Of a stretch of DNA of 64,000 nt, positions 54,122-63,493 are shown piece by piece. Below the pieces are notes generated by a model that ran no database searches, was not told the DNA's origin, and saw only the letters and a list, made by a program, of their open reading frames with translations. A program made the translations under genes and the position numbers. The DNA comes from a virus: the IMG/VR virus record IMGVR_UViG_3300045988_138147. One strand, 5' to 3'. Positions within the stretch are counted from its first letter, which is position 1. The number at the start of each line of letters is the position of its first letter.

Positions 54122-54355
54122 TCATTTCTTTTTAAGTATTTCAACACATTCCTTTACTCCATCATCGAAACCTTGTTTATAGCCTCTAGTATATTCCCCT
54201 ATATTATATACCGTCATTGACAGAAAAAATAGAAGGATACCTAAAGCCTTATGCCAACCAGGAAGCGAGATGGAAAATGGCTTGAATGTTATTGTAAGAT
54301 CACCAACCCATAATAGGGCGATAATACATGTAGATATAAATAAAATTGTTTTCAT
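54122..54355 (-). CDS. small two-helix membrane protein
   Basis: MKTILFISTCIIALLWVG and ALGILLFFLSMTVY hydrophobic segments. Confidence 0.5.
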   Translation of the reverse strand: MKTILFISTCIIALLWVGDLTITFKPFSISLPGWHKALGILLFFLSMTVYNIGEYTRGYKQGFDDGVKECVEILKKK

Positions 54356-54786
54356 CGCTTATTTTCTTTCAATAATTCCGGATTATCATATATGTTACCT
54401 ATCACTTCAAGATGATTACCTTTGCACAATAAAAATCCACGTTGATTATTTAACAAACGAAACCCACCATCAATATAATCTACTGAAAAATTGTCGTAAC
54501 CAACAACATTGGAACAAAAAACTCCATTAGGAATATCAATCCCATATTCTTTTGTTTTGACTATATCCCCCTCGTAAATCTCTTTGCCGTTCTTGTCACA
54601 TAATCCGGTGAACTGTCCTACTGTTTCAGGAAGAACTACACAAGTTGTCTTTTTTGGAATAGGTTCAGCATCTTCAACGAGTGTAATAGTTGGGTAGTAT
54701 CTTGGATATGTTGTCAAAGATCCTTCTATCCACTGTCCTGTTTCAAATTCTTTCCCTCTGAATTTTATTTCACGTTTCATAATCAA
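54352..54786 (-). CDS. YopX-family protein
   Basis: KFRGK...GDIV...VIGNIYDNPELL hallmark. Confidence 0.8.
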   Translation of the reverse strand: MIMKREIKFRGKEFETGQWIEGSLTTYPRYYPTITLVEDAEPIPKKTTCVVLPETVGQFTGLCDKNGKEIYEGDIVKTKEYGIDIPNGVFCSNVVGYDNFSVDYIDGGFRLLNNQRGFLLCKGNHLEVIGNIYDNPELLKENKR

Positions 54787-54933
54787 TATCTTTTTCCGTT
54801 CAACATAGGTCTTAATTCATTGTATCTTATCTTCTGTTCGATATGCCAAAGCAAATCTACGCCATAGTCTTCCGACCATCCAATACCGCTTGGGTTAATC
54901 CTAATTTATCGTTGAAAAATATCTTCTTCATAA

Positions 54934-55275
54934 TCATATAAGTTTTAATGCTTCCTGTAATCCGGCTTCAAGTGCTTCTTCATAAATATCCCATTTACCA
55001 CCGTCATTAGGTCCTTCATAAACAGAACTAGTTATATGAGTTCCATTATCAGCTTTAGATATTTCGTATCCATAGCCACAAGCACAGTTATATACACATA
55101 TATGAATGTTTTGGGTTTCACGTAACCACTTTTGGGCTATGGATTGCGGAGGAACAGATAAATATTTATAACAATGATTCAAAGTGGAAACATCTATGAG
55201 ATATTTTCTTTCATTGAACCCTTTCTCTTTAAGCAGTTTAGCAGTTTCTAATGTTACAAGTTCTTCCTGTATCAT
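54934..55275 (-). CDS. hypothetical early protein
   Basis: 113-aa ORF. Confidence 0.5.
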   Translation of the reverse strand: MIQEELVTLETAKLLKEKGFNERKYLIDVSTLNHCYKYLSVPPQSIAQKWLRETQNIHICVYNCACGYGYEISKADNGTHITSSVYEGPNDGGKWDIYEEALEAGLQEALKLI

Positions 55276-55278
55276 ACA

Positions 55279-55497
55279 CTAAAATATTTCCGGTTCTTCT
55301 TTGTATGGAGATTTAACTTCGATAGTCGTGTTTACGGTAACTCTATCTTCGTAATATCCGCTTGCGCTAATCAAAAAATTTCCGTTTTCAAATCTAACAT
55401 TCGTGATATCGCTATAGTATCCGTCTTTGACTATCATTACCTTTCTATCTATATCTTGCGCAGTAAGCAACAAATGCGCTAAATCCCGTATTGTCAT
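55279..55497 (-). CDS. hypothetical early protein
   Basis: 72-aa ORF. Confidence 0.45.
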   Translation of the reverse strand: MTIRDLAHLLLTAQDIDRKVMIVKDGYYSDITNVRFENGNFLISASGYYEDRVTVNTTIEVKSPYKEEPEIF

Positions 55498-55578
55498 TTT
55501 ATTTAATTTTTAATCTTATTATGTTAAATACCATTACAATAACTACTAAAAATAATATATTTGTCAAATCATTCATTG

Positions 55579-55776
55579 TTATTCTCCTTTACACTCTTCA
55601 CAATGTAATTTATAAGCATGGGCAAACATCTTTAACGTAACAGGATCAAAGTGAAAATCTGCCTGTTTATCTTCTATGACAACTGAAACACATAATTGGC
55701 CGTCGCAAAAGCAAATATATGCCTCACCATCTCCAATCCCTCTAATGGAAAAGGTTTGTGTCTGTACACTATCCAT
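55579..55776 (-). CDS. hypothetical early protein
   Basis: 65-aa ORF. Confidence 0.45.
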   Translation of the reverse strand: MDSVQTQTFSIRGIGDGEAYICFCDGQLCVSVVIEDKQADFHFDPVTLKMFAHAYKLHCEECKGE

Positions 55777-56047
55777 GATTCTCCTCCTTTAGTCTTTTAA
55801 TTAGGGCATCAGCGCAATTAAGCGAATATTTAGCGACTGCCTCAGAATTAGCACCATTATCGTTTGCTATAACAACTTTAATAATGTCTTTTGCCAATTC
55901 GTACCTACGTTGTTCCCAATCAATGTTTTCACTAAAGAAATTAAGTTCTGACACCTTGATATACATGTTTCCCACCAATGCAGTACCATCATCATATAAA
56001 TCCTTAATCTCTACAATTTCTCCAGTTGCTTTTATTGTTGCTTTCAT
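55769..56047 (-). CDS. hypothetical early protein, paralogue of 56990..57331
   Basis: Shared IDWEQRRYELAK ... CADALI..LK. Confidence 0.55.
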   Translation of the reverse strand: MKATIKATGEIVEIKDLYDDGTALVGNMYIKVSELNFFSENIDWEQRRYELAKDIIKVVIANDNGANSEAVAKYSLNCADALIKRLKEENHG

Positions 56048-56050
56048 AAT

Positions 56051-56341
56051 TTATTTATCTTTAAGATTTACCTCAATTGAATATTTGTCAGTTAGCTCGG
56101 TTTTTATTGCCTCCTTACATAAAGTCCATAACATGTGTAAGCCTCCTTGATTTTTTATTTCATCGGAAACCATACATCGAATCCAGTTGTCCAGAGAAAC
56201 ATCATTTCCATAAGTATTATGGAAAACTCGTTTAACCTCCTCTCTAATGATAGAAATCATTATCTCCCTTATATCCTCTTTAGTCAACTTTAGTTCGTTG
56301 TGGATATAGTTCTTTACTTCTCTGTATCTATATTTACTCAT
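56051..56341 (-). CDS. hypothetical early protein
   Basis: 96-aa ORF. Confidence 0.45.
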   Translation of the reverse strand: MSKYRYREVKNYIHNELKLTKEDIREIMISIIREEVKRVFHNTYGNDVSLDNWIRCMVSDEIKNQGGLHMLWTLCKEAIKTELTDKYSIEVNLKDK

Positions 56342-56371
56342 AATAATTATCCAATAAGTTTACGATCTTGT

Positions 56372-56644
56372 TTATTCCTCCTCCGTTATTATACATCCTA
56401 ATAACACACCTAGATATTTCATTCCAAGTTCGGAAACATGGTACACAATTTGTTTTTCTATATCTAACAATCTTCTATTAGCGTAACCAATAAACACCAA
56501 CTCTTCCCAATCATCATCAGGATGATTAACAATATACCAGTTACGATAAACCTTATATCTATTTCTTTTTATTTTACCACGCTCAAACCCTATAGCGCGT
56601 TCCATTTTTTCTATCTGTCTTAATGATAATTTTACATCATCCAT
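56372..56644 (-). CDS. hypothetical early protein
   Basis: 90-aa ORF. Confidence 0.45.
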   Translation of the reverse strand: MDDVKLSLRQIEKMERAIGFERGKIKRNRYKVYRNWYIVNHPDDDWEELVFIGYANRRLLDIEKQIVYHVSELGMKYLGVLLGCIITEEE

Positions 56645-56648
56645 AGCA

Positions 56649-56993
56649 CTAATGTATAAATTCGTCCAATACCTTCTTTACAAGTTCATAGCATGATAAT
56701 TGCCAATCTTTCGCAATATCATCTATTTTATCATCATAATGATTGTCATAAACATACTGATTCAAGTTGTCAATAAACCCATCACCGTCAAGACCTTCAT
56801 CACAATCATCAAACATGTTAAGTTCACAGGCTAATTGGGTGCAATCACAGTGACTCACCCAATCATAAACACGATCATCACAAACATTGGTCTGTCTGTT
56901 ATATTTTTCTCCAATGTGTATTACTTCACCGCAAAATTCACATCTATGCTCTTTGTGAGCGATAGGAGTTTTATTTATTAATACTTTTATCAT
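56649..56993 (-). CDS. Cys/His-rich (zinc-binding-like) protein
   Basis: HKEHRCEFCGEVIH ... HCDCTQLAC. Confidence 0.5.
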   Translation of the reverse strand: MIKVLINKTPIAHKEHRCEFCGEVIHIGEKYNRQTNVCDDRVYDWVSHCDCTQLACELNMFDDCDEGLDGDGFIDNLNQYVYDNHYDDKIDDIAKDWQLSCYELVKKVLDEFIH

Positions 56994-57331
56994 TTTAATT
57001 CATTAATTAAAGCATCAGCACAAACAATTGCAAACCGAGCAATGCTTATAGGTATTGTATGTTTCTCTCCTTTCTTGTAATCTGCTTCCGAACAAGCGTA
57101 ACCAACTTCTGTATTGTTACTTAAAATCCCTTGCATTGCGGATTTAGCCAGTTCGTATCTACGCTGTTCCCAGTCGATAGCTGAATTTCCAAGATTTAAA
57201 AAGTCAAGTTCACACTCTCTGAATACCATATTATCACATACATATATGTTATCTCCACTATGTAACGCATTGGTATTTGTTTTCGGAATTACATCCACCA
57301 AAACCCCTGTTGATTTTACTCTTGCTTTCAT
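56990..57331 (-). CDS. hypothetical early protein, paralogue of 55769..56047
   Basis: Shared IDWEQRRYELAK ... CADALINELK. Confidence 0.55.
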   Translation of the reverse strand: MKARVKSTGVLVDVIPKTNTNALHSGDNIYVCDNMVFRECELDFLNLGNSAIDWEQRRYELAKSAMQGILSNNTEVGYACSEADYKKGEKHTIPISIARFAIVCADALINELK

Positions 57332-57333
57332 AT

Positions 57334-57492
57334 TTAATATTCTGATTTAATAATAGTACCAAATGAACGATACCTACGCCAAACCATATTTCCACGCTGG
57401 ATGGTAATAATCCAATCACAAGCCTTAAAAACTTGTCCTACATTATATAAAAATGGTCGTTTTTGTATTTTTCTTTTTATTCTTGCTTTCAT
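57334..57492 (-). CDS. small basic protein (52 aa), not in the ORF track
   Basis: MKARIKRKIQKRPFLYNVGQVFKACDWIITIQRGNMVWRRYRSFGTIIKSEY exactly fills the gap between two genes; its start region is a 19-bp repeat of the neighbouring start. Confidence 0.45.
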   Translation of the reverse strand: MKARIKRKIQKRPFLYNVGQVFKACDWIITIQRGNMVWRRYRSFGTIIKSEY

Positions 57493-57494
57493 AT

Positions 57495-57749
57495 TTAATC
57501 GAAATACATTACTTTCTTACCTATACATACTTTGAACCTTGAAAAACATTCGCTATGTTGTGTGATATTGTTAGGATTATATTTGTTAATAAAACATCCA
57601 GTACGTTTATGGTATCTAACACAAGCGTTCTCTGGAGATTTAGCCAATACCTCTTTTTCATCTCTAAAATCAAAAAACAAATCATCTCTGTATGATACCT
57701 TATACCACTTAACTTGGTTTCTTATCTTTTTAAAATACTTTGCTTTCAT
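57495..57749 (-). CDS. hypothetical early protein
   Basis: 84-aa ORF. Confidence 0.45.
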   Translation of the reverse strand: MKAKYFKKIRNQVKWYKVSYRDDLFFDFRDEKEVLAKSPENACVRYHKRTGCFINKYNPNNITQHSECFSRFKVCIGKKVMYFD

Positions 57750-58216
57750 TGTTCCTCCTTTGTTTTAAAATATTCAATCAGTTCGTCTACGGTGGCTTTA
57801 CGGAAATTTCCTGAAATAATTGTTGAATTTTGATATTCTATACCCCAAAAGAAGAAGCTACCTTTAGGTTCTACGAAATAATGGTCATTACCAATAGCAT
57901 CATCAAAAGAAACACTAAGTAAAGATTCTGCTATAAACCATTGAAACTTATTTGTATCATTCCTCAATGCGGCTATAGCTAGGAAAAGCTCTTCATTGGT
58001 TCCACAATCAATTCTACCAGCACAATTCCAAGTTCTATGCGGATCTTTTGAATCAAACATCTCATTCGTAATGTGGGTATATTTATTTAAACCTGTTGCT
58101 AAACATAACTCTTCATTATTATCTATAACTCTTGATGATTTGTAACCAAGCTCTATTAACTTCTTCCGAAGTTCCTGTGTGTTTTTACGTATAAAACACG
58201 GTGTTGTAAATCCCAT
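57746..58216 (-). CDS. hypothetical early protein
   Basis: 156-aa ORF. Confidence 0.5.
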   Translation of the reverse strand: MGFTTPCFIRKNTQELRKKLIELGYKSSRVIDNNEELCLATGLNKYTHITNEMFDSKDPHRTWNCAGRIDCGTNEELFLAIAALRNDTNKFQWFIAESLLSVSFDDAIGNDHYFVEPKGSFFFWGIEYQNSTIISGNFRKATVDELIEYFKTKEEQ

Positions 58217-58218
58217 AA

Positions 58219-58533
58219 TTATTCGTTTTTTAATAATCCTGATTTCTTCAATTTCTTTCTAAAATTCTTTTCATTTAAGGCTTGTTCATAGTAGCAATTA
58301 GGTTCTATGACCGTTTCAGCCCTAGTTATAGGAAGCCCATTCAGACCAATAGAAACATTATGTATAATAGAAGCTCTCTTTATCTCCCCTGTCTTAACGT
58401 TAAAAGAGAATAAGATATGCCCTGGATTCCTCTTAACTTTTTTAATCAATTTATATTCTGTTTGTTGTTTTTGTAGATACTCTATCTGTTCTTTAGAAAG
58501 ATCATCTTTTGTTACAATAGGTACTATATCCAT
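58219..58533 (-). CDS. hypothetical early protein
   Basis: 104-aa ORF. Confidence 0.45.
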   Translation of the reverse strand: MDIVPIVTKDDLSKEQIEYLQKQQTEYKLIKKVKRNPGHILFSFNVKTGEIKRASIIHNVSIGLNGLPITRAETVIEPNCYYEQALNEKNFRKKLKKSGLLKNE

Positions 58534-58992
58534 TTACTTTTCCTCCATTACAACTTTAACATATCCTTTTTCAATACACCAGCACAGCATATCATAGGCT
58601 GCATCCAATAGATTTCCTGACAATTTAAAAACAAATGGTTCACATATGCCTATTTGATAACTTATATACCAAGGTCCAGCAAAAGTAGGTTCAATGTGCA
58701 GCTTATTTTTTGTACCAAAGTCATTTATGTGTCGCGGTAACTTGCCGAGAATATCTTGCAAGGTAAAAACTCCACACTCTTCTTTTAAGGAATGATCGTA
58801 ACTACTAGTGTCAACGTAATATAGATTAAAATGGACATTGTACCAATGGTGCTTAATTGCTTTTTCAGCATCTTCCCATAACAATTCGCAACCATCATCA
58901 TCCGTGGCTATTAATACCATGCTTGCATCGCTTGTATCCAGCCCAAGCTCCTTCAAGTGCTTCATCTGCTCGATTGATAATGCCTGTTTCAT
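58534..58992 (-). CDS. hypothetical early protein
   Basis: 152-aa ORF. Confidence 0.5.
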   Translation of the reverse strand: MKQALSIEQMKHLKELGLDTSDASMVLIATDDDGCELLWEDAEKAIKHHWYNVHFNLYYVDTSSYDHSLKEECGVFTLQDILGKLPRHINDFGTKNKLHIEPTFAGPWYISYQIGICEPFVFKLSGNLLDAAYDMLCWCIEKGYVKVVMEEK

Positions 58993-59204
58993 TTCTTTTC
59001 CTCCTCTGTTTTAATATCCGTTACTTTGCCACGACTGACAAAACAGAAACATCCCATCACATTACACAGGTATGATTCATGCTCCATCTTACACTCTTTG
59101 CATTCTTTACATAATGAACATTCACTGCAAACGAAATTTTCATTGAACGTTTTGCTCATTTCATGCAACACACCATCTATTATTATTCCGCTATTTATTT
59201 CCAT
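58989..59204 (-). CDS. Cys-rich small protein
   Basis: CSECSLCKECKECK...CNVMGCFC. Confidence 0.45.
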   Translation of the reverse strand: MEINSGIIIDGVLHEMSKTFNENFVCSECSLCKECKECKMEHESYLCNVMGCFCFVSRGKVTDIKTEEEKK

Positions 59205-59403
59205 ATTGTCTAATTAATTTAATTGCTAATAGAGGGTCTTTATCTCCTATTTGATTGATTAGCTTTGTAAATTTGTCCACTCTGCCATAGTGTCTAACGC
59301 AAATAGCATTTGCCTTCATCGAGCGTCCTAATCCGTATAAATACTCCATGCGTGCATTTCTACGGATATTCTTCATTATCTTTTTTGCTTGTCTTAATTT
59401 CAT
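59191..59403 (-). CDS. hypothetical basic protein
   Basis: 70-aa ORF. Confidence 0.4.
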   Translation of the reverse strand: MKLRQAKKIMKNIRRNARMEYLYGLGRSMKANAICVRHYGRVDKFTKLINQIGDKDPLLAIKLIRQYGNK

Positions 59404-59406
59404 ATC

Positions 59407-59790
59407 TCAATCTCCTTTCTCTTTAATCCGTTCTAGTACATCCCTGTTGGCTTCGAGTATCTCATCGAAAGACGGGATGGGCATATAGTGAGTAATACGA
59501 TATAGGGGAGAATCTTGTAAAAACATTCGATTATCCGATTCCCATTGATCATTTCCATAATACAAGCCAACAAAATATCCTTTACAAGAATCTTTCCATT
59601 CCACTGTAAAAAACACACCTGTATTTTTTCCCGGCAACCGTTCCTTCACACTTATCCAAGGTGATTGCTTTGCCTGCCATTCTGCACCGTCCTTAAAGCC
59701 ATCCAAGTAATACGGCTGATACTCGTCATTGTATATGCTTCTATCTATCACGCAGCTTTCTATTGCTGCTTCTTCTACTGTCTGTTTCAT
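59407..59790 (-). CDS. DUF551-like phage protein
   Basis: WISVKERLPGKNTGVFF pattern typical of DUF551. Confidence 0.5.
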   Translation of the reverse strand: MKQTVEEAAIESCVIDRSIYNDEYQPYYLDGFKDGAEWQAKQSPWISVKERLPGKNTGVFFTVEWKDSCKGYFVGLYYGNDQWESDNRMFLQDSPLYRITHYMPIPSFDEILEANRDVLERIKEKGD

Positions 59791-59793
59791 ATC

Positions 59794-60027
59794 CTATTCT
59801 TTAAAGTTTCTCATGTATTCGCAATCCTCATCACATACACCTTTCTTTGCACAGTGAGGGATATTAGTTCCCCGCTCATATTCAAAATTATAACATAGGT
59901 TTCTGTATTCTTTCCTTCTTTCCATAGGACCAAGTGTTCTTGCTGAACTCCATGATTTATAGTCATTGCTAGACGCCTCTTTAAGAACGCATCCATCATC
60001 GTTATATAGCTTTCTAACTTCATTCAT
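59794..60027 (-). CDS. Cys-rich small protein
   Basis: 77-aa ORF; preferred over the overlapping frame 59811..60023. Confidence 0.4.
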   Translation of the reverse strand: MNEVRKLYNDDGCVLKEASSNDYKSWSSARTLGPMERRKEYRNLCYNFEYERGTNIPHCAKKGVCDEDCEYMRNFKE

Positions 60028-60047
60028 AATCTGTTCCGTTTTGAGGA

Positions 60048-60335
60048 TTATCCATTAAACTTAAGCTCATCCATATATCCCATCTCTTTCAAGCGGATAT
60101 TAAACTCTTCAACCGAATCATTATTAGGAATGAATCGCTCAAGAACATCGTTAAAAGGGTGCAGATCGTTTTTTAAAATATCATTAGCCTCTTCTTCTCC
60201 ACGTTTCTTTCCTAATCGGTCTTTGCATACTTCTATGTAATCATCTTTTGTCATATTGTAGTGCGTGACTGTATCAACAATTGTACTAAACCTACAATAT
60301 AAGCCGTTTGGCTGTTGGGCTATAAATGATCCCAT
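60048..60335 (-). CDS. hypothetical protein, paralogue of 50153..50500
   Basis: Conserved N-terminal 40 aa (see 50153..50500). Confidence 0.55.
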   Translation of the reverse strand: MGSFIAQQPNGLYCRFSTIVDTVTHYNMTKDDYIEVCKDRLGKKRGEEEANDILKNDLHPFNDVLERFIPNNDSVEEFNIRLKEMGYMDELKFNG

Positions 60336-60355
60336 AATTACCTCCTTCTAATTTT

Positions 60356-60538
60356 TTATTTATCCACGGTTGATTTTACAATAATCTTATTATCGGATGA
60401 TGGCATTACAACCACATTTCCGGCATCTGTGCTAATTTTTAAGATAGGATTAGAATTTGCGTCAATACCGGCTACTATAATCATATCTCCAAAAACATAT
60501 CTTTTATCTTGTTCTAATTCATTCATATTCTTTATCAA
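60356..60538 (-). CDS. hypothetical small protein
   Basis: 60-aa ORF. Confidence 0.4.
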   Translation of the reverse strand: MIKNMNELEQDKRYVFGDMIIVAGIDANSNPILKISTDAGNVVVMPSSDNKIIVKSTVDK

Positions 60539-60788
60539 TTACTTTTTTCAATTTATTAAAAGCCTTCTCTTTATCAAATCTAATCCCATCTTTGAACTCC
60601 AATATCAACTCCCAAAGCTGGCTTTTGTAAACATCACCTGCTTTATAGTCAGTCTTATAATGCCATTTCTGTGTAGTGGTTATTTCCTTAAATATATTCG
60701 TTGCATTAAGATATGCGGCTCCCCATTCTGTAAGCTCTACACTAACGGTATCATTCAAATCTATTTCTATCATAAATATTCCTTTCAA
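60519..60788 (-). CDS. hypothetical early protein
   Basis: 89-aa ORF. Confidence 0.45.
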   Translation of the reverse strand: MKGIFMIEIDLNDTVSVELTEWGAAYLNATNIFKEITTTQKWHYKTDYKAGDVYKSQLWELILEFKDGIRFDKEKAFNKLKKVIDKEYE

Positions 60789-60798
60789 ATTATTGTTA

Positions 60799-60954
60799 TT
60801 AATCGGTTTTTACTATTTTCCCATTATCCAATATCAAATATAACCGGCATTTATAGCTGACTGTATCCGCCCATTGGTGAGCATATTTCAAATACTGATG
60901 TAGCTTATACCTTCCGGGATTATTCATCATTTTATTTCTTATTCTTTTTTTCAT
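60799..60954 (-). CDS. small basic protein (51 aa), not in the ORF track
   Basis: MKKRIRNKMMNNPGRYKLHQYLKYAHQWADTVSYKCRLYLILDNGKIVKTD fills the gap between the methyltransferase and 60519..60788. Confidence 0.4.
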   Translation of the reverse strand: MKKRIRNKMMNNPGRYKLHQYLKYAHQWADTVSYKCRLYLILDNGKIVKTD

Positions 60955-60963
60955 CGTTTTGAA

Positions 60964-61956
60964 TTATTTTTTTATAACTACCGCCATTGTACTAATAGAA
61001 GTGCCACTCTCTTTAAACTCGCCTGCGCTGATTTCAAACACTTCTCCATGTACTTCTTCCAACCATTCCCGGAACTCAACACATTTCTTTTCAGACGCGA
61101 ATTTCCAATGCTGACTAGTTATAGCTGCAAGAATTCCACCTTCTTCCAAGCGTTCATACATAAGTCTTACATGGTCTATGTCTTGATTGCCGGAGAATGG
61201 AGGATTAGCAATAATCTTAGTGTAATGCCCTACACTGTCTTTCGTAAAATCTTCATCAAGCAATATTACGTTATCAAGTGTATGAAGGAACTCCCTGTTT
61301 TCTGGCATCAGTTCATAACATTCAACTGTTACTGACGGGCACGACCGATGAATCGCTTTTATCAGAGCACCACGTCCGGCACTTGGTTCAAGTACGGTAT
61401 CTGTTTCATGAATTCCACCGGCAAGCATTACCAGCCAGTCTGCAATATCAGCAGGTGTTTCAAAGAACTGAAAATCTTTTTGCAAATCGCATCGCTTACC
61501 TTCTTTCAAGATGGAGAACACACGTTCCGGATTAAAAGGAAATGTGAAACCCTGTACCTTCCCACCTTGCCATGAGCCGCCGGCTTCTTCTATCCACTTT
61601 TTTGCTTCGGCATAAGATTTTTTATTGAATTGAACTTGAGGAAGTTTGAGGATATTGTTCTCAAGAGTACAATGTTTCAATATCTCTTCCACGCTCCATT
61701 TCTTACCTTCATCAGCCTGTTTTTTCTTTTCGTCCGTTGAAGCGTCCGGCGCTAAAAGTGAAGATATTTTTTGAACAACCGTATTGCTCGCATTCACGAA
61801 GGTATTGACACAGGATAGCGCTTCCATGAGAAATTTTGTATCAACATGTCCGGTCTCGTCATAGACGTCTATCCCTTCGGTCATGGATGACAGTTCATTG
61901 AGCTGCGCTACACTACCATGTAACGTTTCGATTAAAATCTTTTTTTTGTTCGTCAT
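60964..61956 (-). CDS. SAM-dependent DNA methyltransferase (N6-A / N4-C type)
   Basis: Motif I VLEPSAGRGAL and motif IV IIANPPFSG. An alternative start at 61884 would remove the 44-nt overlap with the recombinase. Confidence 0.8.
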   Translation of the reverse strand: MTNKKKILIETLHGSVAQLNELSSMTEGIDVYDETGHVDTKFLMEALSCVNTFVNASNTVVQKISSLLAPDASTDEKKKQADEGKKWSVEEILKHCTLENNILKLPQVQFNKKSYAEAKKWIEEAGGSWQGGKVQGFTFPFNPERVFSILKEGKRCDLQKDFQFFETPADIADWLVMLAGGIHETDTVLEPSAGRGALIKAIHRSCPSVTVECYELMPENREFLHTLDNVILLDEDFTKDSVGHYTKIIANPPFSGNQDIDHVRLMYERLEEGGILAAITSQHWKFASEKKCVEFREWLEEVHGEVFEISAGEFKESGTSISTMAVVIKK

Positions 61957-63019
61957 AACTTTTCTGTAAATAAATTCTAGTTGTGTCTACACTCCCATGG
62001 CCTAAAAGGTCAGCGAGTTGAATTACATCTTTGTTTTTTTTCAGGAACATTTTAGCAAAGAAATGCCGGAAGGCGTGCGCGTGCATTTTCCTTGGATCAA
62101 TGCCGCAATGTTTTCCCCATGCTTTCAAGTGCTGGGAAAAGCCACGCTGTGTGATCGGGCCGAATCTCCCTACCGCAAAAATCCCGGTTTTACCATATTC
62201 TTTAGCGTAAACCTTCGCTTCCTGCTGCAATTGTTTTTGAAAGAAAAATCGACGGTACTTGTTACCCTTTCCTTTTAATACCACTTCCCCGGATATGATG
62301 TCTTCCCACGTAAACTGCTGGAATTCCGACAGACGGGCGCCCGTTGTTCCCAAAACCTTAATAAAGAAATAGTAATCCTTATTGTTTTTTGCCTTGAGAT
62401 ATTCCAACAGCCGGTTATATTCCTCCTCGGTCGGCACATTGTTCACATCAAGCTTGCGCTTTATTTTGGGACGCTTCAGTTCTATAGGCTTCTTCAGCCA
62501 TTTGGAAAATCTTTCTATTGCTGTAATCCGCAAACGGATGGTAGCGGGAGATAATTTTTCTTCTTCAAGACTTTTTATAAACCTCCTGCAATTATCCATG
62601 TTTACCTCATTGGCGTATTCGAAATACTTCTGCATGGATGTGTAATATATATAAACTGTATGAGAAGAGTAATCATTGTTGTCAGTCAGCCATATAATGA
62701 AATCATTAAGTTGTTTCTTGTTCTTATCCGAAATGACATCAAGTTTTTCCAAAGGTTTCACCGCCTTTCCCCTTTTTCCATATCCGATGTTGAGATAGGA
62801 TAATAGATCGCATATAGCTGAACACATTAGCGAATGACGCACCATGACATCTGCATTTTCACGCTTATAAACCAGATAGCCACGACGATTGACATCTTCA
62901 GTACGTTCAAGAAAATCCGTTACATATTTGATATATTTCCCGACAGTATCATAAGTTCTGCCTGTTGTGTATAAGTAGGAAATATAATCAGTTAATATCT
63001 TCTGCCTGTCATTATTCAT
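61913..63019 (-). CDS. tyrosine recombinase, XerC/D-like
   Basis: GARLSEF..., HAFRHFFAKMFL, LLGHGSVDTTRIYLQ (R-H-R-Y pattern); N-terminal SAM-like core-binding domain. Confidence 0.85.
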   Translation of the reverse strand: MNNDRQKILTDYISYLYTTGRTYDTVGKYIKYVTDFLERTEDVNRRGYLVYKRENADVMVRHSLMCSAICDLLSYLNIGYGKRGKAVKPLEKLDVISDKNKKQLNDFIIWLTDNNDYSSHTVYIYYTSMQKYFEYANEVNMDNCRRFIKSLEEEKLSPATIRLRITAIERFSKWLKKPIELKRPKIKRKLDVNNVPTEEEYNRLLEYLKAKNNKDYYFFIKVLGTTGARLSEFQQFTWEDIISGEVVLKGKGNKYRRFFFQKQLQQEAKVYAKEYGKTGIFAVGRFGPITQRGFSQHLKAWGKHCGIDPRKMHAHAFRHFFAKMFLKKNKDVIQLADLLGHGSVDTTRIYLQKSYDEQKKDFNRNVTW

Positions 63020-63428
63020 AATCTTGTTTAATTAAATTATACCAATCATTGCTATCTTCGAAAAAACATCTGTATCCATTAGCCGTATGTTTGCCTCTCA
63101 CTTTCCGACATATAGCACTGATCAAAGAAGGAGCCACGCCAATCATCTTACCAGCCGTTTGTATCGAAGGGAATACTCCACATAATTTCTCATCCTTTAT
63201 CAAAACAACGCTCTTTTTATTCATGCCTGCACCAGTCTTATGCCAAGCCCCACGTCCTTTAGACAGATTTTTTATACTCCTGGCCTTGGAACGTTTTGAA
63301 TGATAAACCATTTTACGACCCTTGTTGCGAGAAACACAACCTTTTAAAAATCGTCCGGTAATTAAGTCTCTCTCAAATCGCTCAGGCGGTATATATAATT
63401 CACTCATTTCTGTTCGGTTTTGAACCAT
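63012..63428 (-). CDS. DNA-binding protein (NUMOD1-like module)
   Basis: FPSIQTAGKMIGVAPSLISAICRK resembles a nuclease-associated HTH module; 8-nt overlap with the recombinase start. Confidence 0.4.
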   Translation of the reverse strand: MVQNRTEMSELYIPPERFERDLITGRFLKGCVSRNKGRKMVYHSKRSKARSIKNLSKGRGAWHKTGAGMNKKSVVLIKDEKLCGVFPSIQTAGKMIGVAPSLISAICRKVRGKHTANGYRCFFEDSNDWYNLIKQDYE

Positions 63429-63493
63429 TTTCCTGATGCCAGGTAAATGGTAATTATTGTAAATTAAATTCTAATTGTATTATCAGTCAACTG

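Noticed and set aside
54787-54933. Gene between YopX and 54934..55275
   Set aside because: The minus strand reads MKKIFFNDKLGLTQAVLDGRKTMA* and then continues in another frame. This looks like a decayed remnant of a longer gene and not a functional CDS.
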